64,000 bases of DNA from positions 278,218 to 342,217 of the forward strand of contig NW_021835987.1 in the NCBI RefSeq assembly GCF_006345805.1. Direction: 5' to 3'. The notes below the pieces were generated by a model. It did not search any database. It was not told the origin of the DNA and saw nothing but the letters and a program-made list of their open reading frames with translations. This DNA is from Octopus sinensis (taxonomy: Eukaryota). Shown here piece by piece: positions 24,511-37,569 of the stretch (position 1 is the stretch's first letter; every line of letters starts with the position of its first letter). A program made the translations under genes and the position numbers.

Positions 24511-25174
24511 AGTTGTGTGTATGTGTGCGTGTGTGTAGATATTTGAGGACTTGTCTCTGTATTGTGCGAAAACTGCCAGCAAATGAAGATTATCTGAACT
24601 ATCTATACTACAATGGAGAAAACTTCTTATTAATTAGGCATGTGACGATAATTAAAGTACTAAAAAAATCGCAATTATTAAAGGGCTAACTGTCTGGAAA
24701 TATTTTAAAGAAATTTCCTATAACTTCCATTTCTCAAGTTTCTTGAAGTATTTTTCAACACTCATTTCTCGCAAATTTAAATATTCATTGCATTCACTGT
24801 GTCCAGTTAATCACAAATTAAAATATTCTTTGCATTCCCTGCGTCCAATTAATCACAAATTAAGTATTCTTTGCATTGACTGAAGAGTATTCTATTCTCA
24901 TTTGCAATGCCTCTCACTTACTATTTTAAATTTTCATTTGCTATTTGGAAAACCGACAGTTTATTCTATTAATATAATGCGTAATTTATTATTTATAGAA
25001 TGAAAATTTTTTAAATACCTGTATAATTTTTGAATGTGGGATAGCTCTGAGAAGAACCTCGAAATTTGGCTTATTACTATTAGAAGACAAGAAGAAAACA
25101 TTTTCCGACAAATACTCGAAACCTGCACCTTATTCACGGTTTCCCAATACTCTGTTCCACTAAACCAATATTTA

Positions 25175-25790
25175 CACAAGTTGGCGGCGAGCTGGCAGAA
25201 CCGTTAACAGGGCGGGCGAAATGCGTAGCCATATTTCGTCTGCCGCTACGTTCTGAGTTCAAATTTCGCCGAGATCGACTTTGCCTTTCATCCTTTCGGG
25301 GTCGATAAATTAAGTACCAGTTACGCACTAGGGTCGATGTAATCGACTTAATCCGTTTGTCTGTCCTTGTTTGTCCTCCTTGTGTTTAGCTCTTGTGGGT
25401 ATTAAAGAAATAGGGTATTTCGTCTGCCGCTACGTTCTGAGTTCAAATTCCACCGAGGTCTACCTTGCCTTTCATCCTTTCGGGGTCGATTAAATAAGTA
25501 CCAGTTACGCACTGGGTCGATATAATCGACTTAATCCGTTTGTCTGTCCTTGTTTGTCCTCTCTGTGTTTAGCCCCTTGTGGGTAGTAAAGAAATAAGGT
25601 ATTTTGTCTACCGCTACGTTCTGAGTACAAATTCCGCCGAGGTCGACTTTGCCTTTCATCCTTTCGGGGTCGATTAAATAAGTACCAGTTACGCACTGGG
25701 GTCGATATAATCGACTTAATCCGTTCGTCTGTCCTTGTTTGTCCCCTCTATGTTTGGCCCCTTGTGGGTAGTAAAGAAATAGGTACTACT
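25175..25790 (+). repeat. SINE with three tandem ~185-bp body units (copy starts ~63765)
   Basis: Head ggcggcgagctggcagaa, then 3x tttcgtctgccgctacgttctgagttcaaat...cctttcggggtcgat...aaagaaata. Confidence 0.85.
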
Positions 25791-26690
25791 TAAATGCAGG
25801 TGTTACGTACAAAACATTTTAAATGTACGCTGTGTGGACGGGTAATGACTGTGTGAATTTTCCAAAACTCCTCTCTGCATCCCATCGGAACAAATTCTCC
25901 ATTAAATCCCTATATACTCTGAATTCACAACATCTTTCGTGTATTTATAGATACTTTTGTTAAAAAGTATCCATTTTTCTGCATGTCATGAGGCTACAAA
26001 GTCGGGAGCGTATACATGTATAGTAGCGCCCTTTTATTTATACGATTTCTTCATTTCATGTTTATTCCGTTCATTGTTTAGGGGAAGGTAAAAGTTGAAA
26101 GCCTGCTTCTCTCTGTGTTGTTGGACTAACGTGATGTTTACTTGAAAAAGAGAGATTATGACTGTGATAAATAAGGAAAATACTTATTAAGCAAGTGAAC
26201 ACTAGTACTCCCTGCTGCCATGTGGGTTCATCTGGTACATCAGATAAACATTTCACAAATATAGGTTTCGAATCTCTGAGATTGTTTAGTAGAGTGCTGA
26301 AAGGATGTAGGCCTTTGAAATCTTACAGCGCTAGGTCCTTACACTAGATGGAGAGGATGATATATTAGGTACCTTACAATGATGTTCAATATGGTTGTTG
26401 AGATTCGAAATCAGAACACTAGACCTTTGATTAGGTTACAGTATATTTATTAAAATTCTAGCATTAGGTGGATTATGAATAAGTGATCTTCAGATATTGA
26501 CTAAAACTTCTGGTTATTAAATAAGTTACAACTAAATACATGTGGTACAAAGAACTTATTTTTGAGGCAAAACCATTGAAGCAAAATCATTGAACAATTA
26601 CATTACTGGGATCTACCCCGTCATAGTTGAAAGCAGAAGAGCAGCATTGAGGTCCCAACACATAGCAGAATATAACGAAACAAAACTTAC

Positions 26691-26790
26691 CTTTGTTACA
26701 GATCACACTAACAACTGTGTTTGAAAACGTTAACCACTGTCTACTGTTGTCGGTGCAATCAACTGATGCCACTGAACTACCAAGGAATGT
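26691..26790 (-). CDS. Candidate internal exon of an unrelated gene
   Basis: Strong acceptor (ttgcag) and donor (AAG|gtaagt), 100 bp, with only one open frame: TFLGSSVASVDCTDNSRQWLTFSNTVVSVICNK-G. Unique, non-repetitive sequence. Confidence 0.4.
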
Positions 26791-27507
26791 CTGCAAATGT
26801 TTGAATTGTTCAATAATGCATTCAACTATTACTTAATCTTCACAGATGTCTTCACCGTCCACTACAGTCGTTACTGCTCTCTTGCTTCGAGTCTAATGCG
26901 CACAATTCTCAGTCGAATTGAAACGAAAATCGATTTAGAAAAGGCAAATTTTTACAGACTTGAACAGACTTGAAACACACTTCTTTTGTCCTCGGAATAT
27001 TTAGAAGGCGTAAGTGTTGTTATTTTGTTGTTGGTGGTGGCCTTGGTGGTGGTGGTTGTTTGTAGTAGTAGTTGCAGTAGAGTTAGTAGTAGTGATTGTT
27101 GCTTTCGGGTGGAGCTTTTAATGGGGCGTTGATAGGGATGTTGCATTGTGTTGGTGATGATGATTGTGGTGATGTTTTAAGGATATCATTACAGCAGTGT
27201 TGATATTTATGGTGTTAATTTTGCAAAAACGGTATGGGTGGTGGTAAGTGGATACAGTGGTTTATACTAATGTGGTGGCGTGATAGTGGTGGTAGCCTGT
27301 TGGTAGTGGTGTTAGTAGTGTTATTGGTGATGCGATGTTGTAGGATGGTAGATGTAGTGCTGGTGATAGTGGTGGTGGTAGTTCTGTCAATGTTACAGTT
27401 ATTGTTGTGGTTGTGGTGGTGAAAGATATTAATGATGATAACGAAGTTGAGTTTATAGTTGTGCCATATTTTAGCAGTATAGGTGGTGGTTGGTAGTGAT
27501 GGTAGAT

Positions 27508-27568
<61 letters not shown>

Positions 27569-28654
27569 TTATTTACATATATATATATATATACACACGG
27601 TAAGATACACACACACACACACACGCATGCCCACGCACGCACAAACACACACAAACACACACACACACACACACACTAACATACACAAACATATATACAA
27701 ACAAACACATCATACATGATATAAATGTACATGTATATACATGAACAGGGTATCGTGATGAAGTTGAATGAGGAAGCGTTAAGCATTGTGACCCTAGAAA
27801 TATTAACCTGAATATGACAACAAACTAAGAAAATAAACAATTGATTTTGTTACAACAATACAAGGTGAAGCGTTCAGCTTTTCTTTTCTTTGTACCATTG
27901 TAAGTTCTGTGTTCATGAACTGGAAAAGGCAAGTTTCCTTTCTAAACAGTACGAATGTTGTACGGAAAATATGACAATAACAACTCTTTAATCGATATTG
28001 ATTAGAGAAAGATTAACCATAATACTTACATCATGTAACTTAACTTTGAAGGTTTTTGAATTTTTGCATTTCGATGGGGGAAGAAAGCACCAAAAATCTG
28101 CCAGGAGTAGAGAGAGAAAGAGATAGAGAGAAATGTATGTATACACCCACACCCACACACATATATATTGTGTAAGATATAAGTTAGAGGTAATGTAACC
28201 ATCTACAGGATAGATGTATCCGAAGGCGCTCCTGGTAATACCTCAGTATGTATGACCCTTGTTATAAGGTATACGGTAGTAGGTAATTTAAAGGTAAAAC
28301 CGTGGTTTATATATATATATAAAAACGATAAGAAAGGGAACAATAATAACAGTTAGAATTAGATCAAGGAAAAGCAGATGTAAAATGTTAGTTGATTCAA
28401 TAGTCTTAAATTTCAGTGAGGTCCATAATTCCATATATCAGTTTTCCTTTCCTTTCCTTATATCTTCTTCTTACTGCCTTCTATTTATCTTTGCCATATA
28501 ATCGTTCTGATGATGTCTGTCAATTGCAACGAGATAACTGTACTTTTACCCCAGCTTGATACACCGAAACAGCTGTAAGCAGATTCTCATCATTATTAAA
28601 TGACTTTAAAACACACATTAGGTACTTCTAACAGTTATTGCTCCATTTCTTATC

Positions 28655-28735
<81 letters not shown>

Positions 28736-30226
28736 TTGATGGAGAGAGAGATAATGAGAGAATGAGAAAGAGGGAGAGACAAAAAGACAGACAGGGGACG
28801 AATAGATGTTGAAACTTTGCTTGGAACACCCGCGGGCTATCGGAAGGTGAATGTAAGTGGAGTGGTAAAGTGGACTGGAGGAGGTGAGAGGGAACTGAGA
28901 AGATGAACATGTGAAACGGGATTGGACAATGGAGGAGAAGAGGGGGGAACATAATGAGAGATAATTACGTGTTTGTGAAGGAGGATATAATTTGAAGAAT
29001 CGTAATCTACGATGTCCGTTGCAGATACACTCGAAGCAACATTTAACACAGAGAGAAAGAAAAAAGCAAAGCAGTAACGTATTTTACAGCATAGAATCCG
29101 ACAAAGTGAATGGCATAAGCATGTAGTGTAAGCATTTAACCATCGTCTCTATCTTCCGAAATCTTACAGCATTTCACATAGAAATTTCCTTTTGGTTCCA
29201 AAGTCGTCTTGGTGTATAAGTCGACATACAATTTGGGGTATAAATTTTGATTTCAAAAATTCTGCTTGCATTCCGGAAGTAGGGTACAGACTAAATTTGC
29301 TGAAACAGAGTAGCAGGACCCTTTCAGTTAGGAATACACATGGGTATATTGAGGGAAACAGTGTACACTGAGCTGAATTGGGAGCTGAATTTGATCATAG
29401 ATTTAGGGGACTCTTCCCCAACACACACACACGATGGGTTTTCACACGTCCGCAGGTGGGGAGCAAGTGGATTGGCATACTCGTTAAAATATTATTTGCC
29501 TTATTAATCCTGTAGGTTTCTCAGACTAAATCACGCTGAGGTCAACTTTACCTGTCATCTTACCCTGATCGATAAAATAAAATATCAGTGAAATTCTTGG
29601 CTCCATAACAATTTATAACCCACACCCTCCTATTTCAGGCATTGTCTAAATTAGAAAATCCCAAGATATATATTCTTAGAGAAAGCACCAAATATTTTTC
29701 TTAGGTCTCTGGGGTTTGTATGCGTGTAGAGGCGGGGCCGTCAGCATCACACATCCTAATCCAGTTCACCCAACTGGGGTTGAACAACTTCCAGCTTGTA
29801 TCCCATTGGCATTAAAGCACGGATCTGCCCTAATTATCCAAAAATAGTATCTAACCCATTGCCTGTCGAAAGCCTGTTTATATGTTTGCCCTAAACGTGC
29901 ACAGTTTAATTTAGCTCTTCTTTATGTAAATCTCTGAATCATATAAATGTTTTCTTTCCCAAAAGCCCAAGATGAGGACTTGTATAGCATAAGATGCATG
30001 GAAACAGACGAAATATGTCTTGTGTATCACATGTGATACCCAGGCCAGGAAAAGACTTAAGATGAATGTTATGGAGTCTGTTGATGATTTTCTTTCCTTT
30101 ATTAGCTTTTCATTATATGTAAACCTCAACAATTTAAGGTTGTCAGTGTTTTGTCTCCCTTATTCCTCGACGTGGTGGCAAATACATGAAATCATTATTA
30201 TTATTATTATTATAATTATTATTATA

Positions 30227-30288
<62 letters not shown>

Positions 30289-30304
30289 CATTTTATTATT
30301 ATTG

Positions 30305-30725
30305 AGTGAGAGAGCAGTTCATGCCATCAAAGTGACACTGGGGTAAAATATACGAAGCCCAGTATATCCATCATGACTAACCGTCTGATAAGGGTACACT
30401 AGGCACATGCATCACAACCATATGTGCGCGACATGGTGATCTCATATCAAAATAAACAGCACATGACCTTGCAGGCGGGGCCCAGTTAGAATTTTCTTCA
30501 GGTTGAGTAGCCCATCCCACTCGAAAGGTCCCTGAATAAGGGCTGTTTAAGGATGTTGAACGAAACACCCATGTTTCCAGAGGTCAATTATTCAAACCCC
30601 AAAGAATCCCTCTCAACACATGGCTATGATGCCCCCCCCCACTACTTCTGCTCGTGATCAGATTTGCGCATATCGTCAGCCACTAAGGGACATGCTCAAC
30701 TGGTTAAAGTCAAACAACTGATTTG
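30305..30725. repeat. Interspersed repeat following a (TAT)n tract
   Basis: ttgagtgagagagcagttcatgccatcaaagtgacactgggg... abuts the microsatellite. Recalled as a common cephalopod repeat, unverified. Confidence 0.45.
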
Positions 30726-31027
30726 GTGGGGGAAACAAGGAGGATGCGTGTGTGTGTTTGTGTGTCAGGGTTTGTTTTTACATGTGCTGGGGCTGGTGGG
30801 GTAGTCCATTCCATTTCAGGTGTGTTGTCTGAAATGTCTTTCCTCCTGGCCTCCACATCTGGTGTCTCTGCTTCCACTTCTGATGCCTCTGCTTGGAAGG
30901 ATGCGCCCACTGTGCTCTTATGTGACCCTTTTGACCACATTGGTATCATCTGGGCTTCCTGCCCTCGACCATCACTCGAAGCCTGGTCTCCTCCCCCACC
31001 TGTATAGTATCAACAATTTCCCTCAAA

Positions 31028-31378
31028 TCAGCAGGGGCTGCTTTTATTACAGGGCATGGACATCTCTAGTCCCTGCCCTTGCCAGATTTGTTGTTCTATT
31101 TTGGTTGCCTGGAGGTTGGATATTTTATCCTCCAGCCCCATCACAAGTGCCGCCACCAACCAGGTAACGATCACATCTGGCGGAATTACTCCAACCTTTA
31201 TCTTTGAAGTGCATCTTCCAAGATATGTGGGTAGGAGGACAACCTCTGCAGTTTTCAGGGATGCCATGGAATGTTGTCTGGCCTTTCCTTCAGTTGCGTA
31301 TTTCTTGCGCCTGGCCAAGTAGGCGACATCCTGCTGTGCTGACCTGAGGAATTTCACCACGGCTTCTTTCGAAGACAT
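31028..31378 (-). mobile_element. Probable retroelement ORF1/gag-like remnant
   Basis: 116-aa ORF (…EVVLLPTYLGRCTSKIKVGVIPPDVIVTWLVAAL…), GC-richer than its flanks, with no splice signals and repeats adjacent. The assignment is from recall only. Confidence 0.4.
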
Positions 31379-31992
31379 CCAATTTCTCGTTCTTTATAAT
31401 AAACGTTTTGTAAACAATAGTACAATGGGACGCGTAGTGCGTCCCACCAGGGGAGGGGTCACTTTGAATCAGTCCTTTATACTTGATGAGTTCGTTTTGG
31501 TCAATGAAAGAAGACGTATTTGAAAGCTTGGTGTATTTTCTCTTCTGTAGAGAAATACTGTCGTATTAGTGAACAAGCTTGATCTTAGTGGATAGTCTGT
31601 GTGTTTTGTTCATTTCAGGCACATCTGAGTCTGTAATTAATACTGATAAGGGAACATCGGACTGAGAGCAGGCATTTATGAAGACTCCTTAATCGGTAGA
31701 GCAAAATATTAAGAGTAGAAGACAGGATAGATCAGCGGAAAACGTGACGTTAATGAGTAGTTCTGATATCAACCGTTCACATAACGAACTACGGCGTAGT
31801 CACCCCTGAGTCACCTCAAATTAATAATATATTAATATATTTTATTAATACATTAATAAAAATCTACATATTCATATTTTGAGTTTGCATCAATTGTACA
31901 TATACATACATACATATATACACACATACATACATATATACATACATACATACATACATACATACATACATACACACACATACATACATACA

Positions 31993-32080
<88 letters not shown>

Positions 32081-32815
32081 AGCTTTCTTTGTAGTTTAGA
32101 ACTTGCATTAACGAATCTATACATTTTAATCCCAGTTCAGGGGCCATGAGATGTGTGTGTGTGCGAGTGTGCGCGTATGAGTGTGAATCTGCAATTGTTA
32201 CCTTTGTAATTAAGATTCACTGAAGCAAAAATCACTTGCGTGTTTATTTGTCAAGAAATATTGATATCTTTTAAAGTCAACAATGAGTGATTGAACCTGT
32301 GTTTGATGCAGATATATGAACGTGTCCTGATCGCCTTATCAGCGTGACGGATTTGATTACATTTCTCCATTGGAAATCTTTGGCCTGGCGAGGTCACCAG
32401 TTCAGCCATTGTATCCCCTACACAAGCACCATCACCAGCAACTATTACTAGAATGTCAGCATCAGAAACACAACAGCAACAGCATTATCAAGATCGGACC
32501 GACTTCTATAACTACACTTGCATAATCTCTCTACGTTTGGTGAAACGCTTGACTCTACTCAAGGAGTCTTCTTCTTCATAGAAATATAAGAAAACGTATT
32601 CAAATGCTTCGTGTATTTTCTTTTTCTTCCGGGGAGAAACACTAGCACATTAGTAAGCAAGTTTGATCTTAGAGGATGGTATAAATGCACAGGCTCTGCT
32701 CTTTGGTCATTTCTGACACACCTGACTGCGAGTAATACTGATTAGGGGACGTCGGACCGAGAGCAGTCATTTATGAAGATTCCTGAATCCGATAAGGAAA
32801 ATATTGATAGAAGAC

Positions 32816-32905
32816 TGTTGTTAACGTCCATCCAATCCAGCTGACCACCACTGGTGATCCACACAAGTCACGTTTTACCTGTTAATAAAGAATCCATATA
32901 AATAT
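32816..32905 (+). repeat. Dispersed, diverged monomer of the 94-bp minisatellite
   Basis: tgttgttaacgtccatccaatccagctgaccaccactggtgatcc...acctgttaataaagaatccatataaatat. Confidence 0.9.
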
Positions 32906-33339
32906 GATCAGAAGAAAATTGTGACCTTAATGAACTGTCCTGATATCAACCGTTCACATAACGAACTTCGTTGTAGGGGCTGCCTTCAACCTCAGTGAAA
33001 GTGGGTTTTTTTCTATATCGCGTGGTATTTCATGTCAACGACTGTGTGTAATGATTAGAATGTGTAAGGATTAAGATGAAGTTGTGTGAGCGTCTGTGTT
33101 TGGGTATGTGTATTTAAGTACGTGTATTTGTGTGTGTGTGCGTGTTAAGTTTACTATGCGTGCATTGTGAAGAGGACGCGAATTTGTGCTGTTTATATGA
33201 AGTCTATTTTATAAGGTCTAGCTGCCATGTAGAGGTCTCCCGCTGGATGATACATACTGCCATATTTGATGGCATAACAGATGAACATGCAGTCCCACGT
33301 GGACAATTGACATTTTTTTTTAGGCAGAAATTCAAGAGA

Positions 33340-33745
33340 AACGTCCAGAATTGACCAACAGGAAGGGTGTTGTTTTCCAACATGATAATGCAAGACTGCA
33401 CGTTTCTTTGAGAACCAGACAAAAATTGCTGCAGCTCGGCTGGGATGTGTTATCCCTCCCTCCATATTCACCAGATATTGCTCCTTCGGATTTCCACTAA
33501 TTCAGGTCTCTGCAGAATAGTCTTAATGGTAAAAATTTCAATTCCTTGGATGACGAAAAAAGATACCTTGATGAATTCTTTGCCATGGAACTACCTCAAT
33601 TCTGGGGAAAAGGGTATTTTCAAGTTAAAGGAAAGATGGAGACGCATTGTGCAACAAAATGGTTCATCTTTGGTTGATTAAAAAGTATTTATTGACCATT
33701 TTCTTTCCTTTAAAAATCGGCACGAACTTTCCGGACAACCCAATA
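33340..33745 (+). mobile_element. Mariner transposase C-terminal remnant with right TIR
   Basis: [15 protein letters not shown]...[39 protein letters not shown] contains the HDNA and YSPDLAPSD mariner motifs. TIR cggcacgaactttccggacaacccaata. Confidence 0.9.
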
Positions 33746-34437
33746 GATAAGTACCAACGCACAAAACTCTCGGATCTTGAGTAAACATTTATAAAAATAT
33801 ACTTATTCATATTTTGAGTTTTATTATTCCTGTTACCGGCAGTTGTACCTATATACACTTATATATCGTTGTAATTTAGAACCTGCGTTAAAGCAGCTAT
33901 AGATTTTAACTCAAGTCCAAGGGCCATGAATCGTTATATGTGTTTGTGTGCATGCGTGCGTATCTCTGCAGGTGTTATATTTGTAGTTAGGAAGCAACGA
34001 AGTAAAAATTTTTGCGTCGGTTATTTGTCATGAAAAGAAGATATCAATGATTAAAATTGATTGTGTTCCGTGCAGAAGTATGAACAAGTTCCCGTTGGCC
34101 CAGCTACGTTGACGAATTTCAAAGCATTTCTTGATTGGAAATCTGCATAGTAACGCTCGCTGTTCATCTTTTATATCTCATAAACACATCACCCCATCAA
34201 CGGATGCTAGCACTATTATGTCACCATCATATACACCATAGCAACGACATCCTCACCATCGCAACTACTTCAATAACTACTCAGCTGTATTTTTCTATGT
34301 GTAGTGTAGTACATGAATCTATTCAAGCAAATCTGTGGTATTGAGCAGAATATTTGCTGTAGCCCATCTTTTATAACAAGACAAAACAATGTACTTGATA
34401 ACACTTCCAATCAGTTAAGATCAGAACCCATGAGAGC

Positions 34438-34481
<44 letters not shown>

Positions 34482-34584
34482 TAGTTTTATTTTTATTTTT
34501 ATAGCGTGCTTTCACTTCACTACCGAGCGCAGCTCTGTGTGCCTTGGGTATGTGCTGTGATTTGTTGTGATGCTCTGATGGTTA

Positions 34585-34900
34585 TTGTATGGAAAGTGTT
34601 CTGCGTAGGATGTGTGCAGTGCCTAGTAGTGCAATTTTTTGTATGTTATATGTGTTTGTAAGTCCTGGTGTTTTTGTTATGTATTTGTCTGAATATTTTT
34701 TTATCATGCCTAATGCACCTACTATGATAGGAATTGTTTCTGTTTTCAGATTCCACATTCTAGTTACCTCTATTTCCAGGTCTTTGTATTTTGAGAGTTT
34801 CTCCATTTCTTTTAGAGACACGTTGTCATCTGCCGGTACTGATACATCAATTAGAAAGCATTTTTTTTCTTCATGGTCTGTTGGCCTTAATTTCTCTATC
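34585..34900 (-). mobile_element. 3' end of an RLE-type non-LTR retrotransposon (restriction-like endonuclease domain)
   Basis: KKCFLIDVSVPADDNVSLKEMEKLSKYKDLEIEVTRMWNLKTETIPIIVGALG...IQKIALLGTAHILRRTL fits the PD-(D/E)xK RLE C-terminus. An (AAT)n tract follows at ~34440-34478. Confidence 0.85.
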
Positions 34901-35122
34901 TGTGTGTATTGGCATATCCCAGAGTATGGTTGCTTTCTCGTTTTCTGTGACCTTTTCTGGTGTGTGCCTATACCATCTTTTTTCTGTTTATTATTATTAT
35001 TATTATTATTATGATTATTATTATTATTATCATTATCATTATTGCTGTTGTTGTTGTAGTTGTTGCTGTTGTTGTTGTTGTTATTATTATTATTGTTATC
35101 ATTATTATTATTATTGTTGTCG

Positions 35123-35198
<76 letters not shown>

Positions 35199-35503
35199 TA
35201 GGGTACTCGTTAAGCGATGTGTAGCTTAATAATCTATTTTTCTCTTGTATACCCAAAAGTAAATGAACGTATCAATAACCAGTTTTACAAGTGTGTGTGT
35301 GCGTTTATGTGTGTGCGTGCATGTGTGTGTGTATGCGTGTATGCGTGTATGCATGTATGTAATCTTTCTGTCGAACAACGTAGGCTCGAAACGTAAAAGA
35401 CTTTTTTTTCTATTCCTGAGCGCTATACTAATACATTTGTTTGTTTCTACTCCACCTGCCTTCGTCTTTTGTTTATTTTCGTAAACTTTCCCTTTATGTA
35501 TGT

Positions 35504-35896
35504 ACTAGCAGTATCGTCCGGCGTTGCACGGGTTTGTTTCGACCCTATGGAATTGGAATTTTTGAAAAGTAAAAATTTTCCATTATGTAGCTTGTTATTC
35601 TCTTCAAGTGAACATTTTTCTGGTTGAAATACACCGAAAAGTGGCGACACAGCAGTGAAAAAATCGTAAAATATCGGGATTTTCATAGAAAAAAGCACCT
35701 TTTTGATGTAAATAATTTTTGGTGTTAACATGGTCCGATTTGAATTTTATCCTCTACGGAAGGAAAAGCAACCCTTTTTCTATCATACTCTCAATTTTGG
35801 TCAACTTGTGCCGCAGGGTCTCGGAGGAGATAGTGTTAGTTGAAGGTTACCAAACCTGGCGCACACAGACAACTTCAGCTTTATATAGAGAGAGAT
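35504..35896 (+). mobile_element. Non-autonomous Helitron-like element
   Basis: 5' actagcagtatcgtccggcgttgcacggg and 3' cagacaacttcagctttatatag resemble Helentron/HelitronN termini. It begins exactly at an arm-specific insertion point. Confidence 0.5.
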
Positions 35897-35915
35897 AACA
35901 CGTACACACATTAAT

Positions 35916-35962
<47 letters not shown>

Positions 35963-37569
35963 TGTATGTATGGATGTGTGTATGTATATATGTACATGAA
36001 CCCAGGACCATGTGTTTGGAACGTAGTTTGTTACCACGCAACCACACCTGCCCCTATGTATGTGTGTGTGCGTATGTGCGTATTGGTAGATATATTATGC
36101 ATGTATATATATGTATATATATGTATACATATTACATGTACATCTATATATATATACATCTACACATAAAATACAAAATACAAAGTTATATCTTGATGTC
36201 GCTAGTGATAACAATACTCAAAATATATAACAGACTGGAATTGTAGGCCCGTCTCTTGCGATTTCGATCAATTGGATCTTGTTCTCCCTCTTGTATAGAA
36301 GTATACGGCTGCAGCGAAATTCATTTGGACTTTCTTCTATCGAAGGCATTTTAACAAAAATGCTTCCGTAAAGACGGTGAAAATATTGTCAATTTTTCCA
36401 AACAGGGACACAATTCAATTTTTAAACAATAACCAAAGCCCCTTATCCGAAAGGGGGAGGGTTACGGTTTACAATTATTTAACAAATGCAACACAACAAC
36501 GTTTCCCTGACGCGGAACCAACAAACGTGATTATAATAGTCAAACAGTAATAATAATAACAACAAACCTCTTTAATTTATCCCCATTTATGTGAAACCAC
36601 TTATTCAAGTTCAAGTCATTGATGCAATTTTATACGAATTGCTAGTACACACACACACATAATAAGGGTGAAAAATTGAATATTAATTTGATTAATATGA
36701 ATTGAAAACCAGTGATATAGCATATAAGACCATAGCGGATCTTCCTCTAGCAAAAAGGATGACCAGTATTATGGTCTCATCCCTGTTATATAAATACTTT
36801 CACTTTAATTATTACACACTTGCAAAGACCAAGTAGGTAAAAGTGTGGTGGTAATGGAAGGAGTGAAGCACTTGAAATGAGAGAGGGAAATCGTAAAATA
36901 TTGAGTTTTCTCGAATTTTTGCTTAATTGGGCGTGAAATTGAAAAAAACTTTACATGCCATGACCCAATGGAATCTACTTCGAAAAATCATAGGTAAATT
37001 CCAATTGAAGAAATTCTATATTGCACAATTGTATTAAAAACAAACTATTTGGGAGGCAGAGAAAATCTGCCTTTTATCATGAGATTATACAATTTTATTA
37101 AATATTTTATACACAGAGGAAAAATTCATGACAAAAATCGAATAATCGATTATAAGTAATAACCAGCCTCTCCTGTTGATGAAACCTGGATGCTTCTCTT
37201 CTCTGGCCAGCAATATCAATATTCGTAACGGACTTTTGATAGTTACAAAACTAAGAAAATGTATGTTTAAGTAATGACTTCAAATTTATCAAAATAACGG
37301 CGTGGTACATTGACGGAGTTTTATCAGTTTGAAATACCACTATATATTCTGCTTCGTTTCCATTAATATAGTATGGATTCTAATGAGCAAATCTTTATTA
37401 AAACATAGAGGTAATAATAAATTTAAATGTTGGGTTGTCCGGAAAGTTCGTGCCGATTTTTAAAGGAAAGAAAAAGGTCAATAAATACTTGACTTAACAT
37501 TTTTAATCAACGAAATATGAACCATTTTGTTGCAGAATGCGTCTCCATCTTTCCTTTCACTTGAAAATT

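Larger units (their letters stand above)
31508..34300 (+). repeat. Old, diverged tandem duplication: block X ~31508-32450, block Y ~32588-34300
   Basis: Colinear matches such as aagacgtatt..gtgtattttct, gagagcag.catttatgaaga, ctgatatcaaccgttcacataacgaact, tcatattttgag, agggccatga and ttggaaatct. Block Y is interrupted by the mariner and the 94-bp monomer. Confidence 0.75.

Noticed and set aside
24990-25140. Open frame NENFLNTCIIFECG... as exon C of P4
   Set aside because: No similarity to exon C of P1-P3 and the phase does not match.
29960-30125. Possible exon WKQTKYVLCITCDTQARKRLKMNVMESVDDF...
   Set aside because: No convincing splice sites, no paralog and no recognisable motif.
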